From an uncultured Spartobacteria bacterium (GTDB lineage: Bacteria; Verrucomicrobiota; Verrucomicrobiia; Chthoniobacterales; UBA6821), in assembly GCA_903913785.1 (NCBI GenBank), contig CAIWMF010000009.1, positions 2,878 through 66,877 of the forward strand: a stretch of DNA of 64,000 bases, in the 5' to 3' direction. The stretch's first letter is position 1, and each line of letters begins with the position of its first letter. Shown here piece by piece: positions 9,668 through 19,555 of the stretch. Position numbers and translations under genes: made by a program. A model generated the notes under the pieces. The model was not told where the DNA came from, made no database searches, and saw only the letters and a program-made list of their open reading frames with translations.

Positions 9668-10564
9668 ATGCAACCAAAGAAGCTTGTTCAATTTGATTGG
9701 GCCATCAAGATACTCCTGCGCCGCAAGGCGAATTTTGGGATTCTTGAGGGATTTCTTTCTGAGCTGCTCAAGACGGATGTGAAAATAACATCATTGCTTG
9801 AAAGCGAATCCAATAAGGAGCACTCGAAGGACAAGTCAAATCGTGTCGATGTGTTGGCGCAACTCAGTCATGGTGAGCGCGTCATTATTGAAGTCCAATG
9901 CGAACGCGAGTGGGATTTTATTTCACGAATGCTCTATGGCGTTTCTAAAGTTGTGGTTGAGCATCTTCAGGAGGGTGATGCCTATGGAATGATTCCACGG
10001 ATCATATCGGTTAATATCGTCTACTTCGACTTGGGCCAAGGAGAAGATTACATCTATCATGGAACGACTCAATTTGAAGGTATTCACAAAAAAGATATTC
10101 TTCAGTTAAAAGAATCAGAGCAAAAAAATTATCCCAGCCGTATTGATCGCATAGGTCAAATCTTGCCAGAATATTACGTTCTTAAAGTCAGTGGCTTTGA
10201 CTTAAAAATAAAAGACACCCTCGATGAGTGGGTGTATACGCTGAAAGAATCGGAAGTCAAACCGGAGTTTAAAGCCAAGGGGATCCACGAAGCAGCCAAT
10301 ACACTCGCAGTGCTGAATCTTTCTGATGAGGAACGCTTCGCCTATGACCGACATATTGGCGATATGAGAATTTCTAAAAGCACAGCACAAACCTATTTTG
10401 GTGATGGTTTGAATGAAGGGATAGCCCAAGGGATGGCCCAAGGGATGGCCCAAGGAAAAGCTGAAATCGTCAACAATATGCATCAACTCGGTTTGTCAAT
10501 CACTGACATTGCAAAGTTTGTCAAACTTTCCGAAGCCTATGTCCAAAAGATTTTACAATCATGA
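9668..10564 (+). CDS. Rpn/YhgA-like PD-(D/E)XK nuclease family protein (putative transposase-like)
   Basis: 298 aa. The N-terminal pattern (FDWAIKILL, RVDVLAQLSHGERVIIEVQ) is typical of the Rpn-type 'putative transposase or invertase' family. The stop overlaps the mrp start (ATGA). Confidence 0.65.
   Translation: MQPKKLVQFDWAIKILLRRKANFGILEGFLSELLKTDVKITSLLESESNKEHSKDKSNRVDVLAQLSHGERVIIEVQCEREWDFISRMLYGVSKVVVEHLQEGDAYGMIPRIISVNIVYFDLGQGEDYIYHGTTQFEGIHKKDILQLKESEQKNYPSRIDRIGQILPEYYVLKVSGFDLKIKDTLDEWVYTLKESEVKPEFKAKGIHEAANTLAVLNLSDEERFAYDRHIGDMRISKSTAQTYFGDGLNEGIAQGMAQGMAQGKAEIVNNMHQLGLSITDIAKFVKLSEAYVQKILQS
10418..10453 (+). repeat. 12-bp tandem repeat x3 inside a CDS
   Basis: GGGATAGCCCAA GGGATGGCCCAA GGGATGGCCCAA, encoding GIAQGMAQGMAQ. 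Confidence 0.9.
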
Positions 10565-11610
10565 GTGTTGCTCCTTTTTCTGAAGATCAACTCCGCAGCG
10601 CACTTGATAAAGTTCTCTATCCTGGATTTCGCCGTAGTATTCTTTCTTTCGGACTTGTGAAGGAAGTTGCCATTGAAGGTGGAAATGTCAACGTGCAACT
10701 TCAACTCTCCACAACAGAGACACACATCCCTAAAATTTTAAAACAAGAGATTGAGGCTTCGCTTGGAACCATTCCTGGAGTAGAAAACGTGACTGTTCTC
10801 ATTGATATCCAGTCGCCCGTGAGTGCTTCGAGCTCTGGTCCCATTCCTATTCCCGGTGTTGCTCACGTGATTGCTGTGGCAAGCGGGAAGGGAGGAGTCG
10901 GCAAATCGACTGTCGCAGTCAATCTAGCTGTTGCACTTTCTCAATTAGGCGCGGCTGTTGGTTTATGTGATTGCGATTTATATGGCCCGAGTGTGGCTTT
11001 TTTATGCGGTGTTAATAAACGCCCGGAAGCAGATGACAAGGATCAAATTATTCCTGTCAAGGCTCATGACATTGCAATCATGTCGATGGGATTGTTGCTT
11101 GAGGGTGATGCGCCTGCTGTTCTCCGTGGGCCGATGGTGAGCCGCTACACTCAGCAGTTTTTACGGCAAGTTGCCTGGGGGAAATTAGATTATTTGATTC
11201 TCGATTTGCCGCCAGGAACCGGTGATATTCAGCTTACTATTGTTCAAACAGTTCCTGTTTCTGGTGTTATCTTGGTCACAACTCCTCAAGAGGTAGCACT
11301 CCTTGATGTGAGAAAAGCAGCCTCCATGTTTCGTAAAACGAATGTGCCATTAATAGGTATTATTGAAAATATGAGCTATTTTACTTCTCCAAGTGATGGA
11401 GTGCGTCATGCAGTTTTTGGAACTGGTGGTGGAGCAAGAGAGGCTGCGCAGCTAGGTATTCCCTTTCTGGGTGAAATCCCTCTTGACAGTGATGTGCGTG
11501 CCTCAGGGGATGCTGGGGTCCCTTTTTTAAGCTACACAACAACAAACAAAACAAGCGAAGTAGCAGACATATTCAGAAAAGTTGCGAATTCTATCAAAAT
11601 AAAATTTTAA
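10561..11610 (+). CDS. apbC: Fe-S cluster carrier ATPase Mrp/ApbC
   Basis: 349 aa. N-terminal DUF59-like segment, then a deviant Walker A (VASGKGGVGKST) and a ParA/MinD-like fold. Confidence 0.9.
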   Translation: MSVAPFSEDQLRSALDKVLYPGFRRSILSFGLVKEVAIEGGNVNVQLQLSTTETHIPKILKQEIEASLGTIPGVENVTVLIDIQSPVSASSSGPIPIPGVAHVIAVASGKGGVGKSTVAVNLAVALSQLGAAVGLCDCDLYGPSVAFLCGVNKRPEADDKDQIIPVKAHDIAIMSMGLLLEGDAPAVLRGPMVSRYTQQFLRQVAWGKLDYLILDLPPGTGDIQLTIVQTVPVSGVILVTTPQEVALLDVRKAASMFRKTNVPLIGIIENMSYFTSPSDGVRHAVFGTGGGAREAAQLGIPFLGEIPLDSDVRASGDAGVPFLSYTTTNKTSEVADIFRKVANSIKIKF

Positions 11611-11864
11611 TGGAATAAATTTCTTTCAACCTATTTTTTATTTTTTTACAGATTCCCTTTCCAGGAACTCTCAGATACAAATCTACGCCTGATATTTCTT
11701 TATCACATATTCATCTAGGTGAATGAAAGATCCAGCTTGTCAACGAGTCGTTTCATTTAACGTCACGTTCATCACCCTTGATGAGCTAGATCATCGAGCA
11801 AGTCTTATGGATATTTGATTTTCTTTTATAGTGTAAAAATTTACGTAATATCTCTCCTTGGTTT

Positions 11865-13463
11865 ATGAAATCTCTTCCAAAAATATTTGTCGCTGATCCT
11901 ATCTCTCCTAAAGGCATTGAAGCATTAGCTTCTCAAGGCTTGTTTGAAGTTATCGTAAAACTTGGCCTCAAAGAAGCAGAGCTCATTGAAGCTATTAAAG
12001 GATGTGAAGCACTCATTGTTCGGAGTCAAACGAAGGTGACGAAGGCAGTCATTCAAGCTGCTGGTACTTTGAAGGTTATTGGACGTGCCGGTGTTGGTAT
12101 CGACAATGTCGATGTTGAAGCTGCTACTGATCATGGTGTTATTGTCATGAATGCTCCTGGTGGGAATACGATTTCAACAGCAGAACATGCATTCAGTCTA
12201 CTTTTAAGCACCGCACGTACTATTCCCCAAGCTCATGCGAGTATGAAAGCAGGAAAATGGGATCGGAAGAAATTCGAAGGCGTTGAGCTCTATGGAAAGA
12301 CGCTAGCTGTTCTTGGGATGGGGCGTATAGGGACTGAAGTAGCACGCCGTGCCATTGCCTTTGGGATGCATGTGCTTGTTTATGATCCGTATCTTTCTTC
12401 GAGTAAGGCGCGTTCTTTACAAATAGAGGTTGTGGAAAATTTACACGACCTTTTGCCACAAGCCGATTTTATTACAGTCCATATGCCACTCACACAGGAA
12501 ACAGAGTATATGATAGGGGAAAGGGAACTTCCCCTTTTAAAAAAAGGAGTGCGGATCATTAATTGCGCACGTGGAGGGCTTATTAATGAAGCTGTTTTAG
12601 CCCAAGGCATCTCTAGTGGTCAGATTGCAGGAGCAGCCTTAGATGTTTTTGAAGAGGAGCCTTTGCCTCAAGATTCTTCATTACGTCATCTCGATCCCCT
12701 CATTTTAACGCCACATCTTGGAGCATCGACTGCAGAAGCTCAAGAAATGGTCGGCATTGAGATTGCTGACTCTGTTCGTCTTGCTCTTTTAAAGGGAGAA
12801 ATCAGAAATTCAGTAAATATGCCTAATATTGATGCACAGACATTAGCACTGATTAAACCGTGGATGATATTGGCAAATTGCTTGGGGCAATTTGCAGCTC
12901 AAATCGGACCCAAGCGTGCAGAAAAGATTACTATTCGTTATAGCGGACGCATGACAGATCAGGATTTAACAGCAGTTTCAAGGGCATTGCTTACAGGATT
13001 TTTACGCCATATTCATGGTCCTGAAGTCAACTCGGTGAATGTTTCTAGCTTCCTAAAAAATTCAGGTCTTGAAGTTATTGAGTTGCGCCAAAGTGGAGCT
13101 GGAGAGTTTACAGATCTGCTGGAAGTGCAGGTGGATTCTGGAGTAGAACGTGCAAGTGTGGGGGGGACGTTATATGGTTCAAAACCACGTATCGTAAAGG
13201 TTAATGATCGTTTTGTGGAGGGACATCCTACCGGCATTGTCCTTTTGCTAGAAAACAAAGATCAGCCTGGCATGATTGGGCATCTAGGGTCACTTTTTGG
13301 GGATGATAATATCAATATTGCCAATATGTCTTTGAGTCGCCATGAAGCTCTGGGAACAGCCTTGGTTTTGATGAATCTTGATTCTGCTCCTCAACAAGCA
13401 TTACTAGAAACATTACGTTCAGATCTTAATATATTTTCAGTTCACATTCTTCATTTTTGTTAA
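11865..13463 (+). CDS. serA: D-3-phosphoglycerate dehydrogenase (long form with C-terminal regulatory domains)
   Basis: 532 aa. 2-hydroxyacid dehydrogenase NAD-binding motif (GMGRIGTEVARR) and a long C-terminal ASB/ACT-like extension. Confidence 0.9.
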   Translation: MKSLPKIFVADPISPKGIEALASQGLFEVIVKLGLKEAELIEAIKGCEALIVRSQTKVTKAVIQAAGTLKVIGRAGVGIDNVDVEAATDHGVIVMNAPGGNTISTAEHAFSLLLSTARTIPQAHASMKAGKWDRKKFEGVELYGKTLAVLGMGRIGTEVARRAIAFGMHVLVYDPYLSSSKARSLQIEVVENLHDLLPQADFITVHMPLTQETEYMIGERELPLLKKGVRIINCARGGLINEAVLAQGISSGQIAGAALDVFEEEPLPQDSSLRHLDPLILTPHLGASTAEAQEMVGIEIADSVRLALLKGEIRNSVNMPNIDAQTLALIKPWMILANCLGQFAAQIGPKRAEKITIRYSGRMTDQDLTAVSRALLTGFLRHIHGPEVNSVNVSSFLKNSGLEVIELRQSGAGEFTDLLEVQVDSGVERASVGGTLYGSKPRIVKVNDRFVEGHPTGIVLLLENKDQPGMIGHLGSLFGDDNINIANMSLSRHEALGTALVLMNLDSAPQQALLETLRSDLNIFSVHILHFC

Positions 13464-13484
13464 TTCTTTTAAATTTTAATACTT

Positions 13485-14531
13485 ATGCCTAAAAATCATA
13501 AATTTATTCTTGCAGGAGATCTAGGGGGAACGAATTTCCGTATTGCACTTTTTCGTGTTGTCAATGGTCCTAATGGAACACTTAAAAAGCTTCGTTCTGA
13601 GCGCCTGGCTAGCACGCGATTTAATTCCTTTGCAGAGGCTGTGCGCAGCTTCCTAGAAAAAGAAGAGGTTCCTGGAAATATTATGACAGCCTGTTTTGGT
13701 GTTCCAGGACCCAATATTGCCGGCGTCGTGCATGCAACAAATTTAAACTGGCTTATAGATGTAAGCACGCTTCCTCATGTTCTTGGTATTCCCCGTGTAC
13801 AGATTCTAAATGATTTGGAAGCCATGGCATTTGGAGTTGGAGAATTACGCCATAGTGATTTTCTTTTGTTACAAGCCGGTGCTGGCTCTCGTGCTGGGAA
13901 TCAATGTGTGATTGCGCCTGGTACAGGTTTAGGTGAAGCGGGTCTTTTTTGGGATGGTCATCGACATCATCCTTGGGCCAGTGAAGGTGGACATGCTGAT
14001 TTTGCTCCTACTGATGATGTTCAAGCAGCCTTATTAGAGTTCCTACATAAAGAATATGGACGTGTTAGCTGCGAACGTGTTATTGCAGGAATAGGACTGA
14101 ATAATATTTACCGTTTTTTAAGAGATACAGGTCGAGGTAAGGAGAAGCCAATCATTGCCGAGAAGATGCTTGCAGGAGATGTTAATGCCATTATTGATGA
14201 ACACTCGCGCAATGGATCTTGTGGGCTCTGCCGTGATACAATGGATATTTTTATTCGTATTTTAGGAGCCGAAGCTGGTAACTTAGCACTCAAAACAATG
14301 GCTACTGGTGGGGTTTTCCTAGGAGGCGGTATACCTCCTAGAATTTTAGAGCATTTGCGTCGCCCTCTATTTTTAGAATCCTTTCTCAATAAAGGTCGCA
14401 TGCGTCTTCTTCTAGAATCTATGCCGTTGAGTGTGATTCTTAACGATGATGCAGCACTGTTAGGTTCAGCACGCTATGCTGCACGCATGCTGAGCTCATT
14501 GAGGAAATCAATACCACCAAAAATGTATTAA
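13485..14531 (+). CDS. glk: glucokinase
   Basis: 348 aa. The N-terminal ILAGDLGGTNFRIALF motif and overall pattern match Glk-family glucokinases. Confidence 0.85.
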   Translation: MPKNHKFILAGDLGGTNFRIALFRVVNGPNGTLKKLRSERLASTRFNSFAEAVRSFLEKEEVPGNIMTACFGVPGPNIAGVVHATNLNWLIDVSTLPHVLGIPRVQILNDLEAMAFGVGELRHSDFLLLQAGAGSRAGNQCVIAPGTGLGEAGLFWDGHRHHPWASEGGHADFAPTDDVQAALLEFLHKEYGRVSCERVIAGIGLNNIYRFLRDTGRGKEKPIIAEKMLAGDVNAIIDEHSRNGSCGLCRDTMDIFIRILGAEAGNLALKTMATGGVFLGGGIPPRILEHLRRPLFLESFLNKGRMRLLLESMPLSVILNDDAALLGSARYAARMLSSLRKSIPPKMY

Positions 14532-14615
14532 TAGAGCTCTTTTGAGTGAGCTCTGTTGAAAGAAAAAACTCATCTAGTGGACCTTATGATCATATTTCAG
14601 GGCAGCGAGGTGTAA

Positions 14616-15314
14616 CTATGCTAGGCCTGCGACAATATTCACAATAAGCGCTAAAATAGATGTGTTGAATATAAAGGAAATCAGCCCGTGGAGGAGGACT
14701 AGATGTCGTAATCCACGATCGACAACTTGCACGTCTGATACCTGGAAAGTCATTCCAATGACAAAAGAAAAATAGGCAAAATCAAGGTAGTTGGGCATTT
14801 TTTTGCCTGGGAAAATTAATCCCTGAATAATTTCTGAACGCTCTTTCTTACGGGCCTCGGCGTAGAAGAGATAAGCGTATTGAGCTGCAAAGCGAGTATG
14901 CACTAAAAACCAAGACAGTGTTACTGTGATAATTGCTAAGAAAATATTATATCTCTCCTGTGTGGGAGAGGCTCCCCTCGTCTGGGTGAGCAAGAGTAAT
15001 GTTGCCGAGAAGCTCGCAATAGCAGCAAAAAGAACAATGCCAAAAAGAAATTTTCTTGTTCGTTGATTGAGAAATAAAGAACGTCTTACTTCATAAGGAT
15101 CATGAAGTAAGATTGTCAGCCAGGTGAGAATAATGCCCAAAAGAGCAAAACAGTCCCAAGAAACAATGATTTGAATCAGCCAAGAGGTGTGACCTTCTAA
15201 GAGAAAAAAGATGACAGTGGCACTCAATGACTCGATAAGAAAAGAGTGATGTGCATCTAGGAAATAGCTGCGATGGCTGAAAGTTTTTTTTGAAATTGCT
15301 AATGGAGAATGCAT
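14616..15314 (-). CDS. DUF1345-like integral membrane protein
   Basis: 232 aa with about 6 predicted TM helices. The resemblance to the DUF1345 family is from memory only. Confidence 0.5.
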   Translation of the reverse strand: MHSPLAISKKTFSHRSYFLDAHHSFLIESLSATVIFFLLEGHTSWLIQIIVSWDCFALLGIILTWLTILLHDPYEVRRSLFLNQRTRKFLFGIVLFAAIASFSATLLLLTQTRGASPTQERYNIFLAIITVTLSWFLVHTRFAAQYAYLFYAEARKKERSEIIQGLIFPGKKMPNYLDFAYFSFVIGMTFQVSDVQVVDRGLRHLVLLHGLISFIFNTSILALIVNIVAGLA

Positions 15315-15467
15315 GTACTGAAAGAGAATCTATCCTTGCCTAAGATTCATTTAGGGAAAGGTATAGTCCAACGACTTGGAAATAAGATGAGAGAAGGCAA
15401 GGGTTTTTAGAAAGAGCAGAGCCGAAGAGCGAGGGCTATCTATATCTGAGGATATGCATAAAAAAAA

Positions 15468-17600
15468 TTAATATACCAAAAAACGCATGGCATTAAGGTC
15501 TTCGGTAGCTCTTTTAAGCGATTTCTGAGCACGTTCAATGGCTTCTTTCTGATTTTTAATGCTGTTAATATTAGAACCTCCAACGATATAGGGTGAAGTA
15601 ATGAGCGTGTAATAGTCTTCCATAGAGCCCTTTCTTTCAAAAGAAAATTGAGAAAGATTATGCTTTGTCTTTATTTTCTCTTGGCCTGGACGCATATAGA
15701 GCAAGAGTGGTCCTGTTTGAGCATCAGGCTGTGCTAATTGAGTCACTTTCTTAAATTCAGAGGCAGCATGATCATATGATTGAGCTATTTTTTGATAAAG
15801 ATTTGCTCTTTCATAAAAATTATTTTCATGTGAGTGTACATATTCCTCGGCACTATTCCTGTAGTTGTTATACGCATGTAAGCAGCACATTTTTTCATCA
15901 GCTCTTTTGTTGCTCATCGCATTTTTGAGATCACTTTGGCTCTTAAGGGCTCTTTCTAATAAAAAATTTATTATCGCAGAATGATCGTGAGAGGTGACCT
16001 TTTGATGTGTGATCGCCATGTTTGATGAGCTTTTAAAAGTGCCATAGTTCTTTTTACTTTCATCAGGGAGTAAACATTCCAATTCTTCCTGAGTCGGTTC
16101 TACTTCCTTAGGTTCTGGCTCATGGAGAGCCTTCTTGGGTATGATGGGTCCATTGATATAATGAATGGAGGTATTCTCTGTTTTATTAATTTCAGTAAGA
16201 GTCGCATTTAATAAGGAGACTAGTGCTGTTGCTGGTCTTGAGTTGCGCTTGTTTGGAGGGTTCCCACAGACTGAGATCTTTGGGAAGGAGGAAAGTTCTT
16301 TAGTGATCAGTTCAGATCCTTCATCATCTGAATGTTTTAAACCTAGGAATAGAGGAGATTGTTTTTCTGATTTGACGGGCGAGGTCACCTGCGTGATAGG
16401 AAGAATATTTGATTTTGTATTTAGAAGAGGAGTTTTTTCGCTGTCTTGGATCCCAGAGTTAGCAAGATGAGTATTATTGTTGTTACGCTGAATAGAAGTA
16501 TTCATAAAATTGAAAAAATCTGTTTCTGACAATTCCTCGTTGTTACTTGCTCGTCTTATTTTTCCCAAGTCTAAATTATTTTGAGAAGACGTTCTCTCAT
16601 CTATGTATTGAGGTAGAGATCGAAATTCGTGCTCATAGGATGGCCGTGTATGGAGATTGGATTCTGCACAAAGACATGTGTCACATATTCTATTATGTAC
16701 TGGTTGTCGTTCTCTGTGCTGAAGGGGTCGTCGAACGCCTGAATAGACACTTATGCCAGATATAATGAGTCCCAAGGCATCTCTTATGAAGGGCTCTGCT
16801 ACGCCACCCATTGTTGGTATCATCATCATGGTCACATTTTTTTGATTCTCTTCTTGCCTCTCTAGCACAAAGAAGGAGTGATTACTTTTTAGATCGGGGT
16901 CGACGTTATGAAGACATGCTTCTTCATGATGATTTAACCCGGATATTTCATGCTGATCGTGACGAGAAGGCTGCCAAGTCTGATGGGGCAAGGCGAGTGA
17001 TGAAGCCTGACAACGGCTGTATGAGTACATATTGACTCGCTCGCACCTGCTCGGCTCGCCCTTACGGGCTGCCCCTAACCTAACACGGTTACGGCAGTCT
17101 ACCCCAGGCTCTCCCGCGCACTGGTGTTGCCCGAGGAAGACTTCGAGCTTGGGCGCAGCATCACTCTCTTGGGTTACCTCATCAAGTATTTCTTGCATGA
17201 CTTCCTCACTTATCTTAGAAGGGATATCCTTGCCTTCCTTCTCTTGAAGAATGAGGGCATAGCATTCTGCATCGAGTAAACTGAGAAATGTGATGAGAGC
17301 ATCTTGTGTCGTCTTGAAACTCTCTATCTCATCATTAAAGATAGGAGCTTCATAGACGTAGGACCCAGGAATACCCATGCGAAGGATTCCTCCTTTGGCT
17401 TGAGGAATATCTGCCATCTTTTCATTGTAGAGATGATGTAGGTCGCTTGTGGCTGCACCATTTAACAACTCGGTATATTTGCTAATGGATATTCTACTAT
17501 TGCGAGACTCTTGAGCAGCCAGCTTTGATAGGTGTGCAAAAAAAAGAAATGTTATTAGAGGTACGAAAAGAAAGATGAATGCAATGGGGGAATGGCGCAT
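15468..17600 (-). CDS. hypothetical secreted protein carrying an in-frame repeat-element insertion
   Basis: 710-aa ORF with an N-terminal signal-like segment (IAFIFLFVPLITFLFFAHLSKLAAQE). I recognise no family. Roughly aa 146-223 are encoded by MITE copy C. Confidence 0.55.
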   Translation of the reverse strand: MRHSPIAFIFLFVPLITFLFFAHLSKLAAQESRNSRISISKYTELLNGAATSDLHHLYNEKMADIPQAKGGILRMGIPGSYVYEAPIFNDEIESFKTTQDALITFLSLLDAECYALILQEKEGKDIPSKISEEVMQEILDEVTQESDAAPKLEVFLGQHQCAGEPGVDCRNRVRLGAARKGEPSRCERVNMYSYSRCQASSLALPHQTWQPSRHDQHEISGLNHHEEACLHNVDPDLKSNHSFFVLERQEENQKNVTMMMIPTMGGVAEPFIRDALGLIISGISVYSGVRRPLQHRERQPVHNRICDTCLCAESNLHTRPSYEHEFRSLPQYIDERTSSQNNLDLGKIRRASNNEELSETDFFNFMNTSIQRNNNNTHLANSGIQDSEKTPLLNTKSNILPITQVTSPVKSEKQSPLFLGLKHSDDEGSELITKELSSFPKISVCGNPPNKRNSRPATALVSLLNATLTEINKTENTSIHYINGPIIPKKALHEPEPKEVEPTQEELECLLPDESKKNYGTFKSSSNMAITHQKVTSHDHSAIINFLLERALKSQSDLKNAMSNKRADEKMCCLHAYNNYRNSAEEYVHSHENNFYERANLYQKIAQSYDHAASEFKKVTQLAQPDAQTGPLLLYMRPGQEKIKTKHNLSQFSFERKGSMEDYYTLITSPYIVGGSNINSIKNQKEAIERAQKSLKRATEDLNAMRFLVY
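16934..17164. mobile_element. MITE-like repeat copy C, located inside a CDS
   Basis: Starts TTAACCCGGATATTTCATGCTGATCGTGACGAGAAGGCTGCCAAG. It ends in CCCGAGGAAGACTTCGAGCTTGGGCGCAGCATC, which is the reverse complement of the GATGCTGCGCTCAAGCTCGAAGTCTTCCTCGGG block of copy D. The second terminus is missing. Confidence 0.75.
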
Positions 17601-17691
17601 AGGTAGGGGAAGGAATCGTTAGTTTGCAAGAACATTTTTTATAACGTTATAGTCAAAGTCATGGGAGTATACATGACGCGCATGGCTCGGC

Positions 17692-18738
17692 TCAGCGAGG
17701 CAATGGAGGTTTAAAAAGATAGTGGGAGACGAGCCACTCTCTTCCATGATTGGTGCCCCAGAGTTCCTCACAAGACATGAAAAAGACTCTCCAGTAGACC
17801 CACCAACGTTTTTGTTCTTCTTTCCCGTAGGTCTTTTCCATGAGCGGCATAATCTTACTTTTTGCCTGATCCATGTTGCGGAGCCAGGCTCGCGCTGTCT
17901 TTTGATAATGGATGCCACTTACCTGCCAATGGTCTTGGATCTTAAGATTCTCTTGAAAATAGAGTAAGAGATCATCCGAGGGCATCTGACCACCAGTAAA
18001 AAAATAACGAGCCATCCAATCCTCCTCCTCGCCTACTTCAAAGTGATAAGCAACTTCTCGATGTGTAAAAATATGAACAAAAAAAGCACCATCTGCCTTG
18101 AGCCAGCTGGCAATACGTTTGAAGAGCGACTGATAATTTTTCATATGTTCCAACATTTCTACAGAAACAATACGATCAAAGGTTGCTTCGCCTTCTCCCT
18201 CGTAGTCGGTCATGTTGACCGTGCGAACAGTAACATTGGTGAGTTTTCGCTTCGCAAGCTCGGAATCGATATAGGCTTTTTGCGTTTGAGAGTTAGAAAT
18301 AGCAATGATCGAGGCATTCGGGTAATGCGAGGCCATCCAGAGGGTAAGGGAACCCCAGCCACATCCTAGCTCTAGAATGGACTGGCCATCTTGAAGCTCT
18401 GCGCGCTTGCAAGTAAGTGCTAGCATGCACTCTTCGGCTTCATGGAGACTAGTCACGCCATCATCCCAATATCCGGAGCTATATTTTTTATGCTTTCCTA
18501 AAACGGACTCAAAAAATGCGGTAGGAAGTTCATAGTGCTGCTCATTAGCCTCGGCTGTTGCAACGGCAATGGGACTTGTTTTAAGGCTAGCAATATGCTC
18601 CATGAGTAGGGCTTGAGACGCTTCTGGATTTAATTTGTTAAAACGAGCCAAATGGGCAGCTAGGCGCCTGCGAATCCCAAAGCGAATCAAGAAATCAGGA
18701 AGGAGATTTTTCGCAAGAAGAGTATTCAGAGTGCTCAT
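17692..18738 (-). CDS. cyclopropane-fatty-acyl-phospholipid synthase-like SAM-dependent methyltransferase
   Basis: 348 aa. SAM-binding motif ILELGCGWGSL and CMAS-family architecture. It is the last gene of the 5-gene cluster. Confidence 0.8.
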   Translation of the reverse strand: MSTLNTLLAKNLLPDFLIRFGIRRRLAAHLARFNKLNPEASQALLMEHIASLKTSPIAVATAEANEQHYELPTAFFESVLGKHKKYSSGYWDDGVTSLHEAEECMLALTCKRAELQDGQSILELGCGWGSLTLWMASHYPNASIIAISNSQTQKAYIDSELAKRKLTNVTVRTVNMTDYEGEGEATFDRIVSVEMLEHMKNYQSLFKRIASWLKADGAFFVHIFTHREVAYHFEVGEEEDWMARYFFTGGQMPSDDLLLYFQENLKIQDHWQVSGIHYQKTARAWLRNMDQAKSKIMPLMEKTYGKEEQKRWWVYWRVFFMSCEELWGTNHGREWLVSHYLFKPPLPR

Positions 18739-19523
18739 GATTTTTTAGGGAACCAAGGAATGATAACAGAGGTTGTTTGTTGATAATGGCGATATGCTGC
18801 CCCTTTGCTTTGCAGTGAAGAGGCTTCTGCCGGGGGGATGCCGGTGATTTTAAGAAGTAAAACAATCATTGTAGCAGGAGCGTAAAGGGTTATCCACCCA
18901 CCAGGAGTGGTAGAGGCAATCAAGTAAAAACTGATCCAAATGACTATTTCAAAAAAATAGTTAGGATGGCGTGAATACTTCCAAAGCCCCAGCTGACAAA
19001 CACCCGATGGGTCATGATTTTTTTGTTTGTAGGAGGCTAGCTGTGCATCAGCTAACGCCTCTCCTAAAATGCCAATACCAAGCAAAAGAGTTCCCGAGAT
19101 TTGTAAAAAATTCCAACGAGTATTCTCATCCATGCCAATCAATAAAAAAGGAAGGGTCAAAAGAACCACAGAAAGAGCCTGTGCCTGGAAAAAAAGAAAA
19201 GATAAGAGACCTTCATGATCTTTCCACGCCTCACGGAGTGCTTGGTAACGTCGGTCTTCATGAGGGTGCTCTTTAGCAATGCGGTATCCTAAGTGCCAAG
19301 AGAGTCGTATGCTCCAGCAGCCAAAGAGGAGGGCCGCGATGCACTTTTTTTGGTTCCAGGCTCCTGCGAGTAGTAAAAAATTGAGTCCTGTGATTGCAAG
19401 CCCTGCTGCCCAAAAAGCATCGACAAGAGAGTAGTTATGACAAGCGCGAGCCCATACCCAGGCCAGAGTAAAGACGATGATAAGTGTCGTGGTAGCGGAA
19501 AATAAGAGTATGTAGGGATGCAT
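18735..19523 (-). CDS. DUF1295 (steroid 5-alpha-reductase-like) membrane protein
   Basis: 262 aa, polytopic. Contains the C-terminal KYSRHPNYFFEIVIW motif characteristic of DUF1295. Overlaps the downstream gene by 4 nt. Confidence 0.75.
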   Translation of the reverse strand: MHPYILLFSATTTLIIVFTLAWVWARACHNYSLVDAFWAAGLAITGLNFLLLAGAWNQKKCIAALLFGCWSIRLSWHLGYRIAKEHPHEDRRYQALREAWKDHEGLLSFLFFQAQALSVVLLTLPFLLIGMDENTRWNFLQISGTLLLGIGILGEALADAQLASYKQKNHDPSGVCQLGLWKYSRHPNYFFEIVIWISFYLIASTTPGGWITLYAPATMIVLLLKITGIPPAEASSLQSKGAAYRHYQQTTSVIIPWFPKKS

Positions 19524-19555
19524 GTGTGACGTAAAATTTTAATAAATGAGTTTAC

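Noticed and set aside
11685-11725. CGCCTGATATTTCTTTATCACATATTCATCTAGGTG upstream of serA, vaguely like the left-end terminus plus the TCATCTACTGCGG block.
   Set aside because: The match needs an insertion of about 11 nt and several substitutions. It is too degenerate to call without a computed alignment.
14533-14554. Hairpin AGAGCTC-TTTTGAGT-GAGCTCT between the convergent glk and DUF1345 genes, and small hairpins at 41680-41718 and 42060-42077 (GAAA tetraloop).
   Set aside because: None is followed by a U-tract on either strand, so I do not call them intrinsic terminators. They may still be stabilising 3' structures.
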